From Lachnospiraceae bacterium (GTDB lineage: Bacteria > Bacillota > Clostridia > Lachnospirales > Lachnospiraceae), in the NCBI GenBank assembly GCA_900759665.1, contig CAAEWE010000058.1, positions 11,100-75,099 of the forward strand: DNA of 64,000 nt. Direction: 5' to 3'. Each line of letters starts with the position of its first letter. Position 1 is the first letter of the stretch. Below the pieces are notes generated by a model. It made no database searches. It had not been told where the DNA came from and saw only the letters and a list, made by a program, of their open reading frames with translations. The position numbers and the translations under genes are program-made. Below, piece after piece: positions 1 to 9,540 of the stretch.

Positions 1-511
1 TGGTATATGCAATCAAGCCTCGTATTTTTCTGTTTTGTGCTTCTGTTATCTTACTCTTATTTCTCTTATTGAACATATCCAATATAAACTGATAATCATT
101 CGTCCCGTCATATCTATTATATTTATTGGGGACAAATGCCCCCTCTTTATATAAAGCATATATTAATTTTTTCGTAAAAAACTTTGAATTTAATTCTATT
201 CGTTCTCCATCTTCTATAGCATGTGCCAATCGGTACATATCTATTTGAATATTAGTTTCATAATCTAAATCGTCTCGTTCAAATTTCTTGATGCATGAAG
301 ATCCTATCGGATATAGTTGTCTACCTGTTTCTCTATTTTTAATCGTAAATAAATATCGCAGATTTTCCTTTCCGCATATGCATTCTGATGTTTGTGTCTC
401 ATCTTCTTGACAACCATCTATCACCCATTCTTGTACCGCTACATCCCAATTATCTATTGTCGATGCATCCAAAACTTTTTTAATCAAATTATTATAATAA
501 GTACTCGCCAT
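1..511 (-). CDS. hypothetical Cys-motif protein, 3' end runs off the window start (N-terminus MASTYYNNLIKKVLD...)
   Basis: Open frame on the minus strand from ATG at 511 to the window edge. GGAG RBS 4-8 nt upstream. Cys pairs (ECICG ... GSSCIKKF) suggest a zinc-binding fold. Not listed in the ORF track, probably because it is truncated by the window. Confidence 0.45.
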   Translation of the reverse strand, partial: MASTYYNNLIKKVLDASTIDNWDVAVQEWVIDGCQEDETQTSECICGKENLRYLFTIKNRETGRQLYPIGSSCIKKFERDDLDYETNIQIDMYRLAHAIEDGERIELNSKFFTKKLIYALYKEGAFVPNKYNRYDGTNDYQFILDMFNKRNKSKITEAQNRKIRGLIAYT

Positions 512-534
512 ATTTATCACTCCCTATATAATTT

Positions 535-890
535 TATAACTCAAACTTCGCACACGAACAACCGGAATCTGCCCATAATGTTTCTTATGTGGCAAAGTTT
601 ACAATATGATTTTTGCCTTTCAAAACGAATGCACCCGGAAGGTTGTAGTCTGGAAATTGACGCAGATCAGTAGGCTTGCTGAAAAGTCTTTGCTTTGCAA
701 TGTTTCGATGAATACGCACCTGAACGACCATGCCTTTCGCGGCGGGCTCAGTTATTTCGGTGGGCACGCTCCCGCTACACTGCCCCGGGTATTCAAGTTC
801 TTAAAGGGCAAAAATCATATTCAACACCTTGAAACATAAGAAACAGTATGGGCATAAGCAATTTTTAGGTGTGCGAAGTTTGAGTTTATA
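535..890. repeat. 355-bp degenerate palindrome (MITE-like or structured element). Arms of about 115 bp flank a ~125-bp centre
   Basis: Left arm 535-650 pairs with the reverse complement of 775-890. The terminal 20 bp match perfectly (ataactcaaacttcgcacac / gtgtgcgaagtttgagttat) and further blocks also match (TGCCCATAATGTTTCTTATGT vs TGCCCATACTGTTTCTTATGT; AATATGATTTTTGCC). Track ORFs 585-767(-) and 606-839(+) are mirror images of each other and are artefacts of the palindrome. Confidence 0.6.
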
Positions 891-901
891 AGTTCAAATA
901 T

Positions 902-1387
902 TTATTCACCGGCTTGTTCTATTGCCATTTTAATTACACGTTCACTGATATAGAAGCCATTATTCCGAATTTGATCAACAGCATCCTTAACAGATATAAT
1001 CACTCCCATTCTTTTAGCCTTCAACAAAACACCTATTGTTCCTGCAACTTTCAATCCTAAATATTTTGCGGTTTTTTTCGCCGCATTATCATCAATAATG
1101 ACCAGATCCGCTTTAGGATCATTCTGTGCAAGAATCATTACATCTACTTCACCGGCATGAAGCTTTGCCTTGTACATCTTTCGATCAGCCACATCCATTA
1201 TCTTTTCAACATGAATCCAATCCCGATTATCTTTTATCTGCAAACAAGCCGAATCCGGTTTTGCTGTCACCTCATCAAACACAGCTTAGGGAATCGTAAT
1301 TTGTCCATAAACTGCTTTTAAAACATTTAATAATCCAGCATTACATAAAGCAATTAATGGTGTTGAGTTCACAATCACTCTAAGCAT
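902..1387 (-). pseudogene. PIN-like DUF3368-family toxin gene interrupted by an in-frame TAA (33 codons, stop, then 126 codons)
   Basis: ATG at 1387 overlaps the upstream antitoxin stop by 8 nt (ATGCTTAG), which is typical TA coupling. It translates to MLRVIVNSTPLIALCNAGLLNVLKAVYGQITIP, then TAA at 1286-1288, then AVFDEVTAKPD... in the same frame. That downstream part is the track ORF 902-1282, which the track starts at a GTG. Confidence 0.6.
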
Positions 1388-1685
1388 TATTCATTTCCTC
1401 CAGAAATTCTTCTTCATCATCAAAATTAAATATTGATACACCATTACTGCTCAAATATTTTATAAATTCCTCTTCTGTCATCCCCGCAATCTGTGCACTA
1501 TATCCTATTGAAATGTGATTTTGAGTATAGAGCATCATTGCAATTGATCTTTTAGCAAAATCATTCGCCTGTTCTTCTGTTATTTTTATGTCATATAATA
1601 CTTCTTCTGGTATTTGTACTGCAATACTACACATATCTAACACCTCCATCCGACAATACTCTGTATTCATTTCTTTCTTAACCAT
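1380..1685 (-). CDS. UPF0175-family antitoxin-like protein
   Basis: The 101-aa product has the UPF0175 signature (IAMMLYTQNHISIGYSAQIAGMTEEEFIKYL). It is translationally coupled to the downstream DUF3368 gene. Confidence 0.6.
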   Translation of the reverse strand: MVKKEMNTEYCRMEVLDMCSIAVQIPEEVLYDIKITEEQANDFAKRSIAMMLYTQNHISIGYSAQIAGMTEEEFIKYLSSNGVSIFNFDDEEEFLEEMNNA

Positions 1686-1714
1686 ATTATACTCAAATAA
1701 AAATCAGATATCAA

Positions 1715-2760
1715 TCAGATCTTTCCGTCCTGTCCGATCAAAACCTTTTTTCCTTCAAAGGCAAAGCCATAATGACGGATCCTGTCTGCTGATATTCTCT
1801 GTGCCAGCAATTCGGCATCATAGTTCTTCTCCATGATCTGGGCTAAAGCCACCCGAACCGTATCCTTTAAAGATTCCCCCTCATCCGGTTCATGCACTTT
1901 AAACTCGATTACAATCGCATCATCCACCTCCGTCACCGGTGTAAGCATCACATCATATCGTCCATATCCACTTTCCCGGTTAGAACGAATCTGATATCTG
2001 TCCCTCAGCTCCACCAGAAGTTCCAGAACAAAGCCGTGATAGAACCTCTCCAGCTGGCTTTTTTCAGAAGGTTTCTTTCCGGTATCAAAGCTGCTGAAAG
2101 TTGCAAGTGCAACATCATTCATATAGATATTCATTTCCTTGAGACTGCCCTTTAACAGTGCCTTCACAAAATAATTATAGTTTGCATCTTTATTTTTAAA
2201 CCATCCCCGGAACATTGTCATAAACATGCTCAATGTCTCAATATTTGTAATATCTCCCATTCCATACTCATCCAGTGCAGCAAAAACTTCCTCCTCGGTA
2301 AAACCGAAACAATCTGCATACAGATTGGAAGTCGTCGTTACGACACGAAGATTATTTAAATCTGAAAAATAGGCTCGGTTAATACCGAGCCATTAGAAGT
2401 TTGCTCCGCAAACTTCACACACTTTGAATACCGGACTCTGGTGATTCCCGTCATAATCGCCCGTTCCAGATAAGGGTTCGTCTTAAAAGACGCATTAAAC
2501 AGACTTCTCACAAAAGACGTAAATTCGTCCCAGTATCCCTGAACATACGCCTCCTGCATTGGAGTATCATATTCATCTAAAAGTATAAAAACTTTCTTGC
2601 CATAATAACGTTCCATCCAGACAGACAAAGTCTTCAATGCATTCTGTGCCATTGTATCATCCATCTGGATCGTGGTACTATTGTATATTTTTCTTTCATT
2701 ATCACTTAATACATTACTCTCTAACAAATATCTGTTTTCTTCATACAGCCTTGCGATCAC
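1715..2760 (-). pseudogene. Remnant of a predicted AAA-ATPase / PD-(D/E)XK (PDDEXK_9) family gene, split into two frames and missing its N-terminus
   Basis: ORF 1715-2260 carries the PDDEXK_9 motif (SGYGRYDVML...AIVIEFKV). ORF 2356-2760 matches the central part of the AAA-ATPase_like domain. They are separated by a 95-nt gap and a frame change. The gap holds a perfect hairpin, GGCTCGGT-TAAT-ACCGAGCC. No N-terminal third exists before the hydrolase gene at 2870. Confidence 0.55.
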
Positions 2761-2869
2761 CTGCTTTCATTTTAGAACTATGCAACTACCATACACTTTT
2801 GTTTCATTATAACGATATTTTCTTCGGGTGACAAGCCTGACCATAACGCATAATTTCACCAAGAACGAA

Positions 2870-3952
2870 CTAATGTCTCTCCAACTTCCGTAAGAAATAC
2901 GCAATATCATGGTATACCCGGAAACGTCCCTTTTCATTCAGAATTTCATGACGCATGCCCGGATACATCCGGAAGGAAACACAATCATAACCGCGTCTTT
3001 TTAAATGCTGTACCGCCTGCAAAAGCTTTTTGCTGCCTCCAAGACATGGATCATCCTCTCCGGATATAAAAAGGATCGGCAGATTGGGATTTCGTACCTC
3101 CCAGCCCTTTCTGTCATAGGTGCTCCGCATCAGCCAAAGCAGGGACTCATATCCATTCAACGTAAATGTAAAGTTGCAAAGGGGATCTTTATTGTACTTC
3201 TCCACCACGGTATGATCGGAACAGATCCAGGCGTGGATCAGCTTTTCTGCCCGGAACGGACGATCAAACATATTGGCAAAGATCCCGTCTGCCAATATAC
3301 TCCTGCTATGGGGATCCTTCATTTTCTGCAACAATTGTATCAATGCAGACCCCAGGGGAGCCATTTGATTTTTGCCGGGGCAGCCACACACAATCAACCC
3401 ATCCAGCTCCCGGTCATATTTTTTCAGATAACAGCGTACCGCCAGCGATCCCATACTGTGTCCCATCATAAAATAAGGCAGTCCCGGATATTGTTTTTTT
3501 ATGATCCGGGTGATCTGATGCAGATCTCTTACCAGAAATCTGCCTCCGTCTTTGCCAAAATATCCAAGCCCTGCCGGAATATCCTGCTTCTTTCCTAATA
3601 CTTTATCCGCATCGGTCGAAGCTGCTTCCCTGCGGCTCGCACCATGTCCCCGGTGGTCATGGATCACACAAAGATATCCTCTCTCTGCCATATATCTCAT
3701 AAACGGCAAATATCTCTCCTTATGCTCGCACATGCCATGGGCTATCTGCAATATGGCTCTGGGATGGGATGGAATCACCATCATGCCCTCTAACGGCATC
3801 CCGTCCTGTGCCGAGGAGATTAAAAAATATTTGCGATGAATGCCCCCCGGCCGCTCTGTTTTATCGGCCCGATACCGGCTTTCAGAAGCTATCATGCTCT
3901 GTCGTCTTCTCTTTGCTGCTGTCCATTTTTTCGTACATCTTTTTTGATTCAT
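2870..3952 (-). CDS. alpha/beta-hydrolase (lysophospholipase / monoacylglycerol-lipase family)
   Basis: HG-box MVIPSHPRAILQIAHGMCEH and nucleophile elbow GHSMGS. Start chosen at M27 (MNQK...) because of AGAGGAGTGG 9 nt upstream. The longer track ORF begins at 4030. Confidence 0.7.
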   Translation of the reverse strand: MNQKRCTKKWTAAKRRRQSMIASESRYRADKTERPGGIHRKYFLISSAQDGMPLEGMMVIPSHPRAILQIAHGMCEHKERYLPFMRYMAERGYLCVIHDHRGHGASRREAASTDADKVLGKKQDIPAGLGYFGKDGGRFLVRDLHQITRIIKKQYPGLPYFMMGHSMGSLAVRCYLKKYDRELDGLIVCGCPGKNQMAPLGSALIQLLQKMKDPHSRSILADGIFANMFDRPFRAEKLIHAWICSDHTVVEKYNKDPLCNFTFTLNGYESLLWLMRSTYDRKGWEVRNPNLPILFISGEDDPCLGGSKKLLQAVQHLKRRGYDCVSFRMYPGMRHEILNEKGRFRVYHDIAYFLRKLERH

Positions 3953-3993
3953 ATGCATCCACTCCTCTATGAATGTATCAATCGCCATGCCTT

Positions 3994-4767
3994 TCACTCG
4001 CATTTTCCGGCCATAGCCTTTGATCTGCATTTCAATGCCGCGATCTCCTCCTGTGTGAGCCTGCGGTATTCGCCCGGTGCCAGATCCGGATCAAGTTCCA
4101 GATTTCCCATACTCAGACGTTTCAGGTAAAGCACCGGATGTTCCACGGCTGCCAGCATTCTTTTGACCTGATGAAATTTTCCTTCACAGATGGAAAGCTC
4201 CAGACAGGACTCGTCCTCTCCCGGATAGCCCGGATCCTCCGGGACCATATCAAGCTCCTTTTTATCCAGACACCGCACCTTTGCCGGCCGCGTCAGCTTG
4301 TCCTCTCCGATATCCACGCCCTTTTCCAGACATTCCACCTCATTATCCCCTAATGTGCCCATAACCCGGACAAAATATGTCTTCCATACATGCTTTCCCG
4401 GAGCCAGCAGCTCATGGGATAATGCTCCGTCATTCGTGATCAAAAGCAATCCTTCCGTATCCTTGTCCAATCTGCCGACCGGAAAGATATCCTTTTTGCT
4501 GCTGTCCGTGATCAGGGACAGTACCGTCCGGCAGGTGTTGTCCTTTGTAGCAGATACCACACCCTGAGGTTTATTCAACATATAGTAAACATGCTTCTCA
4601 TAAGAGATGTTCTCTCCGTCAAACTCCACATTGTCCTCTTCTGTCACCTTCTGCTCCGGCCCCGATGCCAAAGCTCCATTGACAAAAACACGGCCTGATT
4701 TGATGAATTTCTTCACCTCAGACCGTGTTCCCAGGGACATCTGTGCCAAATATTTATCTAACCGCAC
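3994..4767 (-). CDS. pseudouridine synthase, RsuA/RluB family (S4 domain plus PSI synthase core)
   Basis: N-terminal S4 (MRLDKYLAQMSLGTRSEVKKFIKSGRVFVNG) and the catalytic VGRLDKDTEGLLLITNDG motif. GTG start with a GAGGA RBS. Confidence 0.8.
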   Translation of the reverse strand: MRLDKYLAQMSLGTRSEVKKFIKSGRVFVNGALASGPEQKVTEEDNVEFDGENISYEKHVYYMLNKPQGVVSATKDNTCRTVLSLITDSSKKDIFPVGRLDKDTEGLLLITNDGALSHELLAPGKHVWKTYFVRVMGTLGDNEVECLEKGVDIGEDKLTRPAKVRCLDKKELDMVPEDPGYPGEDESCLELSICEGKFHQVKRMLAAVEHPVLYLKRLSMGNLELDPDLAPGEYRRLTQEEIAALKCRSKAMAGKCE

Positions 4768-4786
4768 AATGTTTCCTCACTTAATA

Positions 4787-6226
4787 CTATATTAATTCGT
4801 TGTACATATCTTCATACTTTTTGGCAGAATGATTCCAAGAGAAATCCATTGCCATGCCACGGTCAATGATCTTATTCCACTCTCTCTTGCGATTATAATA
4901 TACATCCTTTGCATAACGGATAGTCGCCAGCATCTCATGCGCATTGTAATTTGCAAAAGAGAATCCGGTTCCCTTACCTTCATACTCATTGTATGGCTCT
5001 ACCGTATCCTTCAAACCGCCGGTCTCGCGGACAATCGGTACCGTACCATAACGAAGGCTCATCAACTGGCTAAGTCCACAAGGTTCAAACAACGATGGCA
5101 TCAGAAATGCATCACATGCCGCATAAATCTTATGGGAACGCTCATTGGAATAGAAAATATTAGCAGAAACTCTGCCATGATATTTCCACTCGAAATGACG
5201 GAACAGGTTCTCATAACGCTCCTCACCGGTACCGAGAACGACAAGCTGTGTATCCTCCGCACAGATCTCCTCGATCACATAATCGATCAGGTCAAAGCCC
5301 TTCTGATCGGTCAGTCTGGAAACAATACCGATCATAAATGTCTTGTCATTCTGATCAAGACCGAGCTCCTTCTGAAGACCTCTCTTGTTCTTGATCTTCT
5401 CCTTACGGAATGTCTTTGCATTGTAATTGGCATAGATCAGAGGATCTGTCTCCGGATTGTACTCCTCATAGTCGAGACCATTTACAATACCACGCAGACA
5501 GTTGCTGCGGGCACGCATCAGCCCATCCAGATGCTCACCGTAAAACGGCATCTTGATCTCCTCTGCGTAGGAATCACTGACTGTGGTTACCATATCCGCA
5601 TAAACGATACCGCCCTTGAGATAATTGGCATCTCCATATGCCTCCAGCTTATCACTGGTGAAATAGTACTCATTCAGTCCCGTGATGTCGATCACCTTCT
5701 GCTTATCCCAGATACCCTGGAACTTCAGATTGTGTATGGTCATGATGGTCTTGATACCATGGTAGAACGAATTATCATTAAAGCTGTCCTTGATATATAC
5801 CGGGATCAGACCTGTCTGCCAGTCATGGCAGTGAATGATATCCGGTCTGAAATCCAGGGAAGGCATTGCTGATAATGCTGCCTTACAGAAAAATGCAAAC
5901 TTCTCAATATCCTCATAAATATTGCCATAAGGATGGAAACCTGCAAAATAGAACTCATTATCAATAAAATAGAAATGAACTCCCTCATACTCCATCTCTA
6001 AGATACCGACATACTGGCTTCTCCATGCCAGATCCATGTAGAAATGCGTCTTGTACTGCATTTTGTCTTTCCACTCCTGTGGAATACATGCGTACTTCGG
6101 AATCATAACACGCACATCATACTCTTTCTTGTTAAAGTACTTCGGCAGCGACCCCACAACATCTGCCAGTCCTCCGGTTTTCACAAATGGAACACACTCG
6201 GAAGCCACGAATAATATGTTTTTCAT
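4787..6226 (-). CDS. glgA: glycogen synthase
   Basis: KNILFVASECVPFVKTGGLADVVGSLP N-terminus and GT-B fold motifs. ATG at 6226 with GGAGGG 6 nt upstream; the track M1 is a GTG. Confidence 0.9.
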   Translation of the reverse strand: MKNILFVASECVPFVKTGGLADVVGSLPKYFNKKEYDVRVMIPKYACIPQEWKDKMQYKTHFYMDLAWRSQYVGILEMEYEGVHFYFIDNEFYFAGFHPYGNIYEDIEKFAFFCKAALSAMPSLDFRPDIIHCHDWQTGLIPVYIKDSFNDNSFYHGIKTIMTIHNLKFQGIWDKQKVIDITGLNEYYFTSDKLEAYGDANYLKGGIVYADMVTTVSDSYAEEIKMPFYGEHLDGLMRARSNCLRGIVNGLDYEEYNPETDPLIYANYNAKTFRKEKIKNKRGLQKELGLDQNDKTFMIGIVSRLTDQKGFDLIDYVIEEICAEDTQLVVLGTGEERYENLFRHFEWKYHGRVSANIFYSNERSHKIYAACDAFLMPSLFEPCGLSQLMSLRYGTVPIVRETGGLKDTVEPYNEYEGKGTGFSFANYNAHEMLATIRYAKDVYYNRKREWNKIIDRGMAMDFSWNHSAKKYEDMYNELI

Positions 6227-6382
6227 ATACACCCTCCATTCAGTTTGTAAACTCCAATGTATGCCACGGATCTTTCTTTTGTCCGTGCACCATATTGTAT
6301 CAATTATACCTTATTTCGCAGCTTGTGAAAAGTGTTTTTTATGAAAAGTTACGTATTTGCATCCGGTATTTCAAAAGACCGC

Positions 6383-7186
6383 TCAGGCACGAAGCTTATA
6401 CTCTAACCGGATCTTATCTGCGATCAATGCAATAAACTCTGAATTGGTTGGCTTTCCTTTACCGGAATTGACCGTATAGCCAAATAATTCTTCAATCGTC
6501 TCCATTCTGCCACGGCTCCATGCCACCTCGATCGCATGGCGGATCGCGCGCTCCACCCGGCTGGAGGTGGTTTTATAATTCCGTGCGATCGTAGGATACA
6601 GCACCTTTGTGATTGCTCCCAGCATTTCATTATCATTGACGGACATAATAATTGCATCCCGAAGATACTGATATCCTTTAATGTGTGCCGGAACACCGAT
6701 CTCATGGATCACGTCCGTAACATCCGACTCCAATGTATCCGCCATGCGTCTATGTTTATTCTCAAAAACCGTATTAATGACCCGCTGTTCCCCGGCCGTC
6801 ATGCTTTTTTCGTTTTGTCCCACAGCACGCACCCGGGATACCACAACTCTCGTATCAAAGGGCTTCAGAATATAATAAGCTGCTCCCAGCCGGAACGCAT
6901 TTTCCGTCACCCGCTCCTGACTCACTGCAGATACCACCACAAATTCCGGCGACATGGTAGGTGCCCCCTTTTTCATCCGTTCCATCACTCCCAGACCGTC
7001 CACCTTTGGCATGATCAGATCCAACAGCACCACATCCGGCCGCAAGGCTGATATTTTACGAAGAGCCTCCTCTCCATCCGACGCCGTTCCTACCACCTCC
7101 ATATCTGTCTCCCGTTCCAGTGCTTCCTTCAGGATCGTTACGATCCGCTTGTTATCATCAACAACTAAAACCTTGATAGCTTCCAT
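6383..7186 (-). CDS. spo0A: sporulation master regulator Spo0A (REC domain plus Spo0A_C)
   Basis: REC domain VLVVDDN...[10 protein letters not shown] and the Spo0A-specific C-terminal helix [27 protein letters not shown]. Start MEAIKV at 7186 with a GGGGAAAGG RBS. Confidence 0.9.
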   Translation of the reverse strand: MEAIKVLVVDDNKRIVTILKEALERETDMEVVGTASDGEEALRKISALRPDVVLLDLIMPKVDGLGVMERMKKGAPTMSPEFVVVSAVSQERVTENAFRLGAAYYILKPFDTRVVVSRVRAVGQNEKSMTAGEQRVINTVFENKHRRMADTLESDVTDVIHEIGVPAHIKGYQYLRDAIIMSVNDNEMLGAITKVLYPTIARNYKTTSSRVERAIRHAIEVAWSRGRMETIEELFGYTVNSGKGKPTNSEFIALIADKIRLEYKLRA

Positions 7187-7354
7187 ATCCTTTCCCCTTT
7201 TCCTTGTGCTGTCCCATTTCCGGTACAACGTATCTTCAACACATTTTCCGTGATCCGACCTGTTTCCGTTTCCGCTGTTTCCGGTCTCCTTTCCCACTAT
7301 TTTAGGGCATTGCAAAGAGCATCCGCAAGCCAAATACAACTGCATATTTCGACG

Positions 7355-7392
7355 AAAAAACGGCGGAAGTACAAATTTCCGCCGTTTTCTTC
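7355..7392. terminator. bidirectional rho-independent terminator hairpin
   Basis: AACGGCGGAA-gtacaaat-TTCCGCCGTT, a perfect 10-bp stem flanked by an A-run and a T-run. It lies 3' of the minus-strand histidine kinase gene and upstream of spo0A. Confidence 0.55.
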
Positions 7393-7453
7393 TCCAATCC
7401 TGCGATTATTTTTTATGAAATCTTTTTATCATTTCTAACGTTCAGACCTCTCA

Positions 7454-8794
7454 TCATTCTACATTTGTCTCACGAAAGTACACATACACTGTGGTTCCCT
7501 CGCCCAGCTTACTGCGCAGCTCCAGACGCACATTATCATGAAGCGCAATGATATGCTTCACGATAGCAAGACCAAGTCCGGTACCTCCTGTTGATTTGGA
7601 ACGGCTCTTGTCCACCCGGTAGAACCGCTCAAAGATCCTCTCCTGATCCTTCTCCGGGATACCGATGCCATTATCCTTAACCTCCAGCACGATCCGGTCA
7701 ACCTCACGATATACCGAAACATCCACTCTGCCTCCCGGATTGTTGTAGCGGATCGCATTGTCACAGAGATTGTAGATCAACTCGTCCATCATCTGCCGGT
7801 TTGCCATAACCATCTGCTTCTCGCCGGAGAAGGAAATGCGGACCTGATGCTTCTCTGCTGCCATCTGAAGCATTTCTACGCTGTTGGCTGCCATCTCGCT
7901 GATATCCAGTTCCTCCATGATATCCTCCGTAGTCACATCCAGCTCAGACAAACGAATAATATCATTGATCAGTGTCAGCAGACGATTAGAACTTTTGTGA
8001 ATCTCTTTTGCAAAACGTTGTACATCATCCCCTGTGGCAATGCCATTCTCGATAAGTTCCGAATAGCCGGAGATCGACGTCAATGGTGTTTTCAGCTCAT
8101 GGGAAACATTGGCAGTAAATTCCTGACGCATATTGGCATTTCGGATAATGTCCTCATGCTGGGTTCGTATCGTCGTAACATATGGCTCCAGTTCCTCATA
8201 TACATGATACATGGAAGGTCCTTCCAGATTCTGTGCCAGCTCCTCGATCGGTTTGACGATACTCTTGGTCAGTGCATGGGAAAGCAGAACACATGCTGCA
8301 AACAAAAGGATACTGAGAGCCACAAGTCTTGGCACAGTACTGATCAGAATCCCTGTCATACTGCTTACTTCCTTAGAAATACGGAGCACATTTCCGTTAT
8401 CCAGACGGACAGCATAATAAAATGCACTTTTTCCTATCGTCTGGGAATTACGGACAGCCTGTCCTGTTCCAGTCTTTAAAGCTTCTTTGATCTCCGGACG
8501 GTTTTTGTGATTTCCCATATCCTTTACGTCTGCATAATTGTCACAGATTGCTTTGCCATCCGGTCCCACCAGCGTGATCCGGATCCTTTTGGGTGTTTTC
8601 CTCATATCTGCGTGATCCGGATTAGAAATAATATTCCAGGCATCGGACTCGATCATCACATCAGCAGAAGTCTTCAGGTTCTCTATGACTTCTTTTGTCA
8701 AAACCCCATAAAAGACAGTAGCCGAAAGTGCCACTGTCTCTAAAATAGTGATAAAAGTTAATATAATACATAAAAAATTGATCCGTCGTTTCAT
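7454..8794 (-). CDS. sensor histidine kinase (HisKA plus HATPase_c), PhoR-like by context
   Basis: TM N-terminus, H-box SHELKTPLTSISGYSELI and G-boxes DNGIGIPE...GGTGLGLAIV. Start at M14 (MKRRINF) with GGAGGAAG upstream; the track M1 is a TTG. It sits directly downstream of an OmpR-family regulator and next to pst/phoU genes. Confidence 0.75.
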   Translation of the reverse strand: MKRRINFLCIILTFITILETVALSATVFYGVLTKEVIENLKTSADVMIESDAWNIISNPDHADMRKTPKRIRITLVGPDGKAICDNYADVKDMGNHKNRPEIKEALKTGTGQAVRNSQTIGKSAFYYAVRLDNGNVLRISKEVSSMTGILISTVPRLVALSILLFAACVLLSHALTKSIVKPIEELAQNLEGPSMYHVYEELEPYVTTIRTQHEDIIRNANMRQEFTANVSHELKTPLTSISGYSELIENGIATGDDVQRFAKEIHKSSNRLLTLINDIIRLSELDVTTEDIMEELDISEMAANSVEMLQMAAEKHQVRISFSGEKQMVMANRQMMDELIYNLCDNAIRYNNPGGRVDVSVYREVDRIVLEVKDNGIGIPEKDQERIFERFYRVDKSRSKSTGGTGLGLAIVKHIIALHDNVRLELRSKLGEGTTVYVYFRETNVE

Positions 8795-8814
8795 TCGCAC
8801 ACTTCCTCCATATG

Positions 8815-9492
8815 CTATACCAGATTCATGCAATATCCCACATTACGGACTGTCTTAATGTACTTTCCGGCATCCCCCAGCTTGTGACGCAGGGTTTTAA
8901 TATGCACATCCAGCGTACGGGACTCAATCTCGCAGTTTGCGTGCCAGATATGCTCCATAATACTGTCTCTCGGAAGTACGATCTCCTGGTTCTGTGCGAG
9001 ATAATGAAGCAGCTCATACTCCTTATAGGTCAGCTCTACCGGCTTGTCTTCCACAAATACCTTTCTCTTTTCATCATCGATCACCAGATCCCCGATCCGC
9101 ATAATTTTCTCCGAATCCTGATCTCCCACACGGCGAAGCAGTGCCTTCACACGGGAAACAAGCTCCATCACACCAAACGGCTTTGTCATATAATCGTCAG
9201 CTCCATTGTCCAGCCCCTTGACCTTATCAATCTCCGTGGTTTTTGCCGTCACCATAATAACAGGGATCTTCCTTGTCTCCCGTCTCTCCCGCAGATTTTT
9301 AAGAATCGTCAGCCCATCCTCATCCGGCAGCATAATATCTAACAGGATCAGATCCGGCTTTTTATCCATAAGCTCTCTGGAAAAGGACTTTCCATCAGCA
9401 AATTCTTTGGTCTCGTGACCCGCATTTTTTAATGAAAAGCTCTCAATCTCACTGATATTTTTATCATCCTCTACAATATAAATCAAAGCCAT
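8815..9492 (-). CDS. OmpR-family response regulator (PhoP/PhoB-like by context)
   Basis: REC domain (MALIYIVEDD...LILLDIMLPDEDG) and winged-helix trans_reg_C (LTYKEYELLHYL...VRNVGY). Start at M14 with a GGAAGGCGGG RBS. Confidence 0.8.
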   Translation of the reverse strand: MALIYIVEDDKNISEIESFSLKNAGHETKEFADGKSFSRELMDKKPDLILLDIMLPDEDGLTILKNLRERRETRKIPVIMVTAKTTEIDKVKGLDNGADDYMTKPFGVMELVSRVKALLRRVGDQDSEKIMRIGDLVIDDEKRKVFVEDKPVELTYKEYELLHYLAQNQEIVLPRDSIMEHIWHANCEIESRTLDVHIKTLRHKLGDAGKYIKTVRNVGYCMNLV

Positions 9493-9540
9493 AATTATCC
9501 CGCCTTCCTGATTTTGGAGTAATTGTACCATACAACCACA

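Noticed and set aside
585-839. Two ORFs of 60 and 77 aa on opposite strands
   Set aside because: They are mirror images produced by the 355-bp palindrome, not independent genes.
3005-3598. 197-aa plus-strand ORF
   Set aside because: Antisense to the alpha/beta-hydrolase gene; no homology features.
4829-5872. 347-aa plus-strand ORF
   Set aside because: Lies entirely antisense inside glgA. Low-complexity, Leu/Ile-rich product with no RBS. A typical shadow ORF.
7340-7352. TTCGACG motif upstream of spo0A resembling a 0A box
   Set aside because: A single imperfect heptamer is too weak to call a regulatory site.
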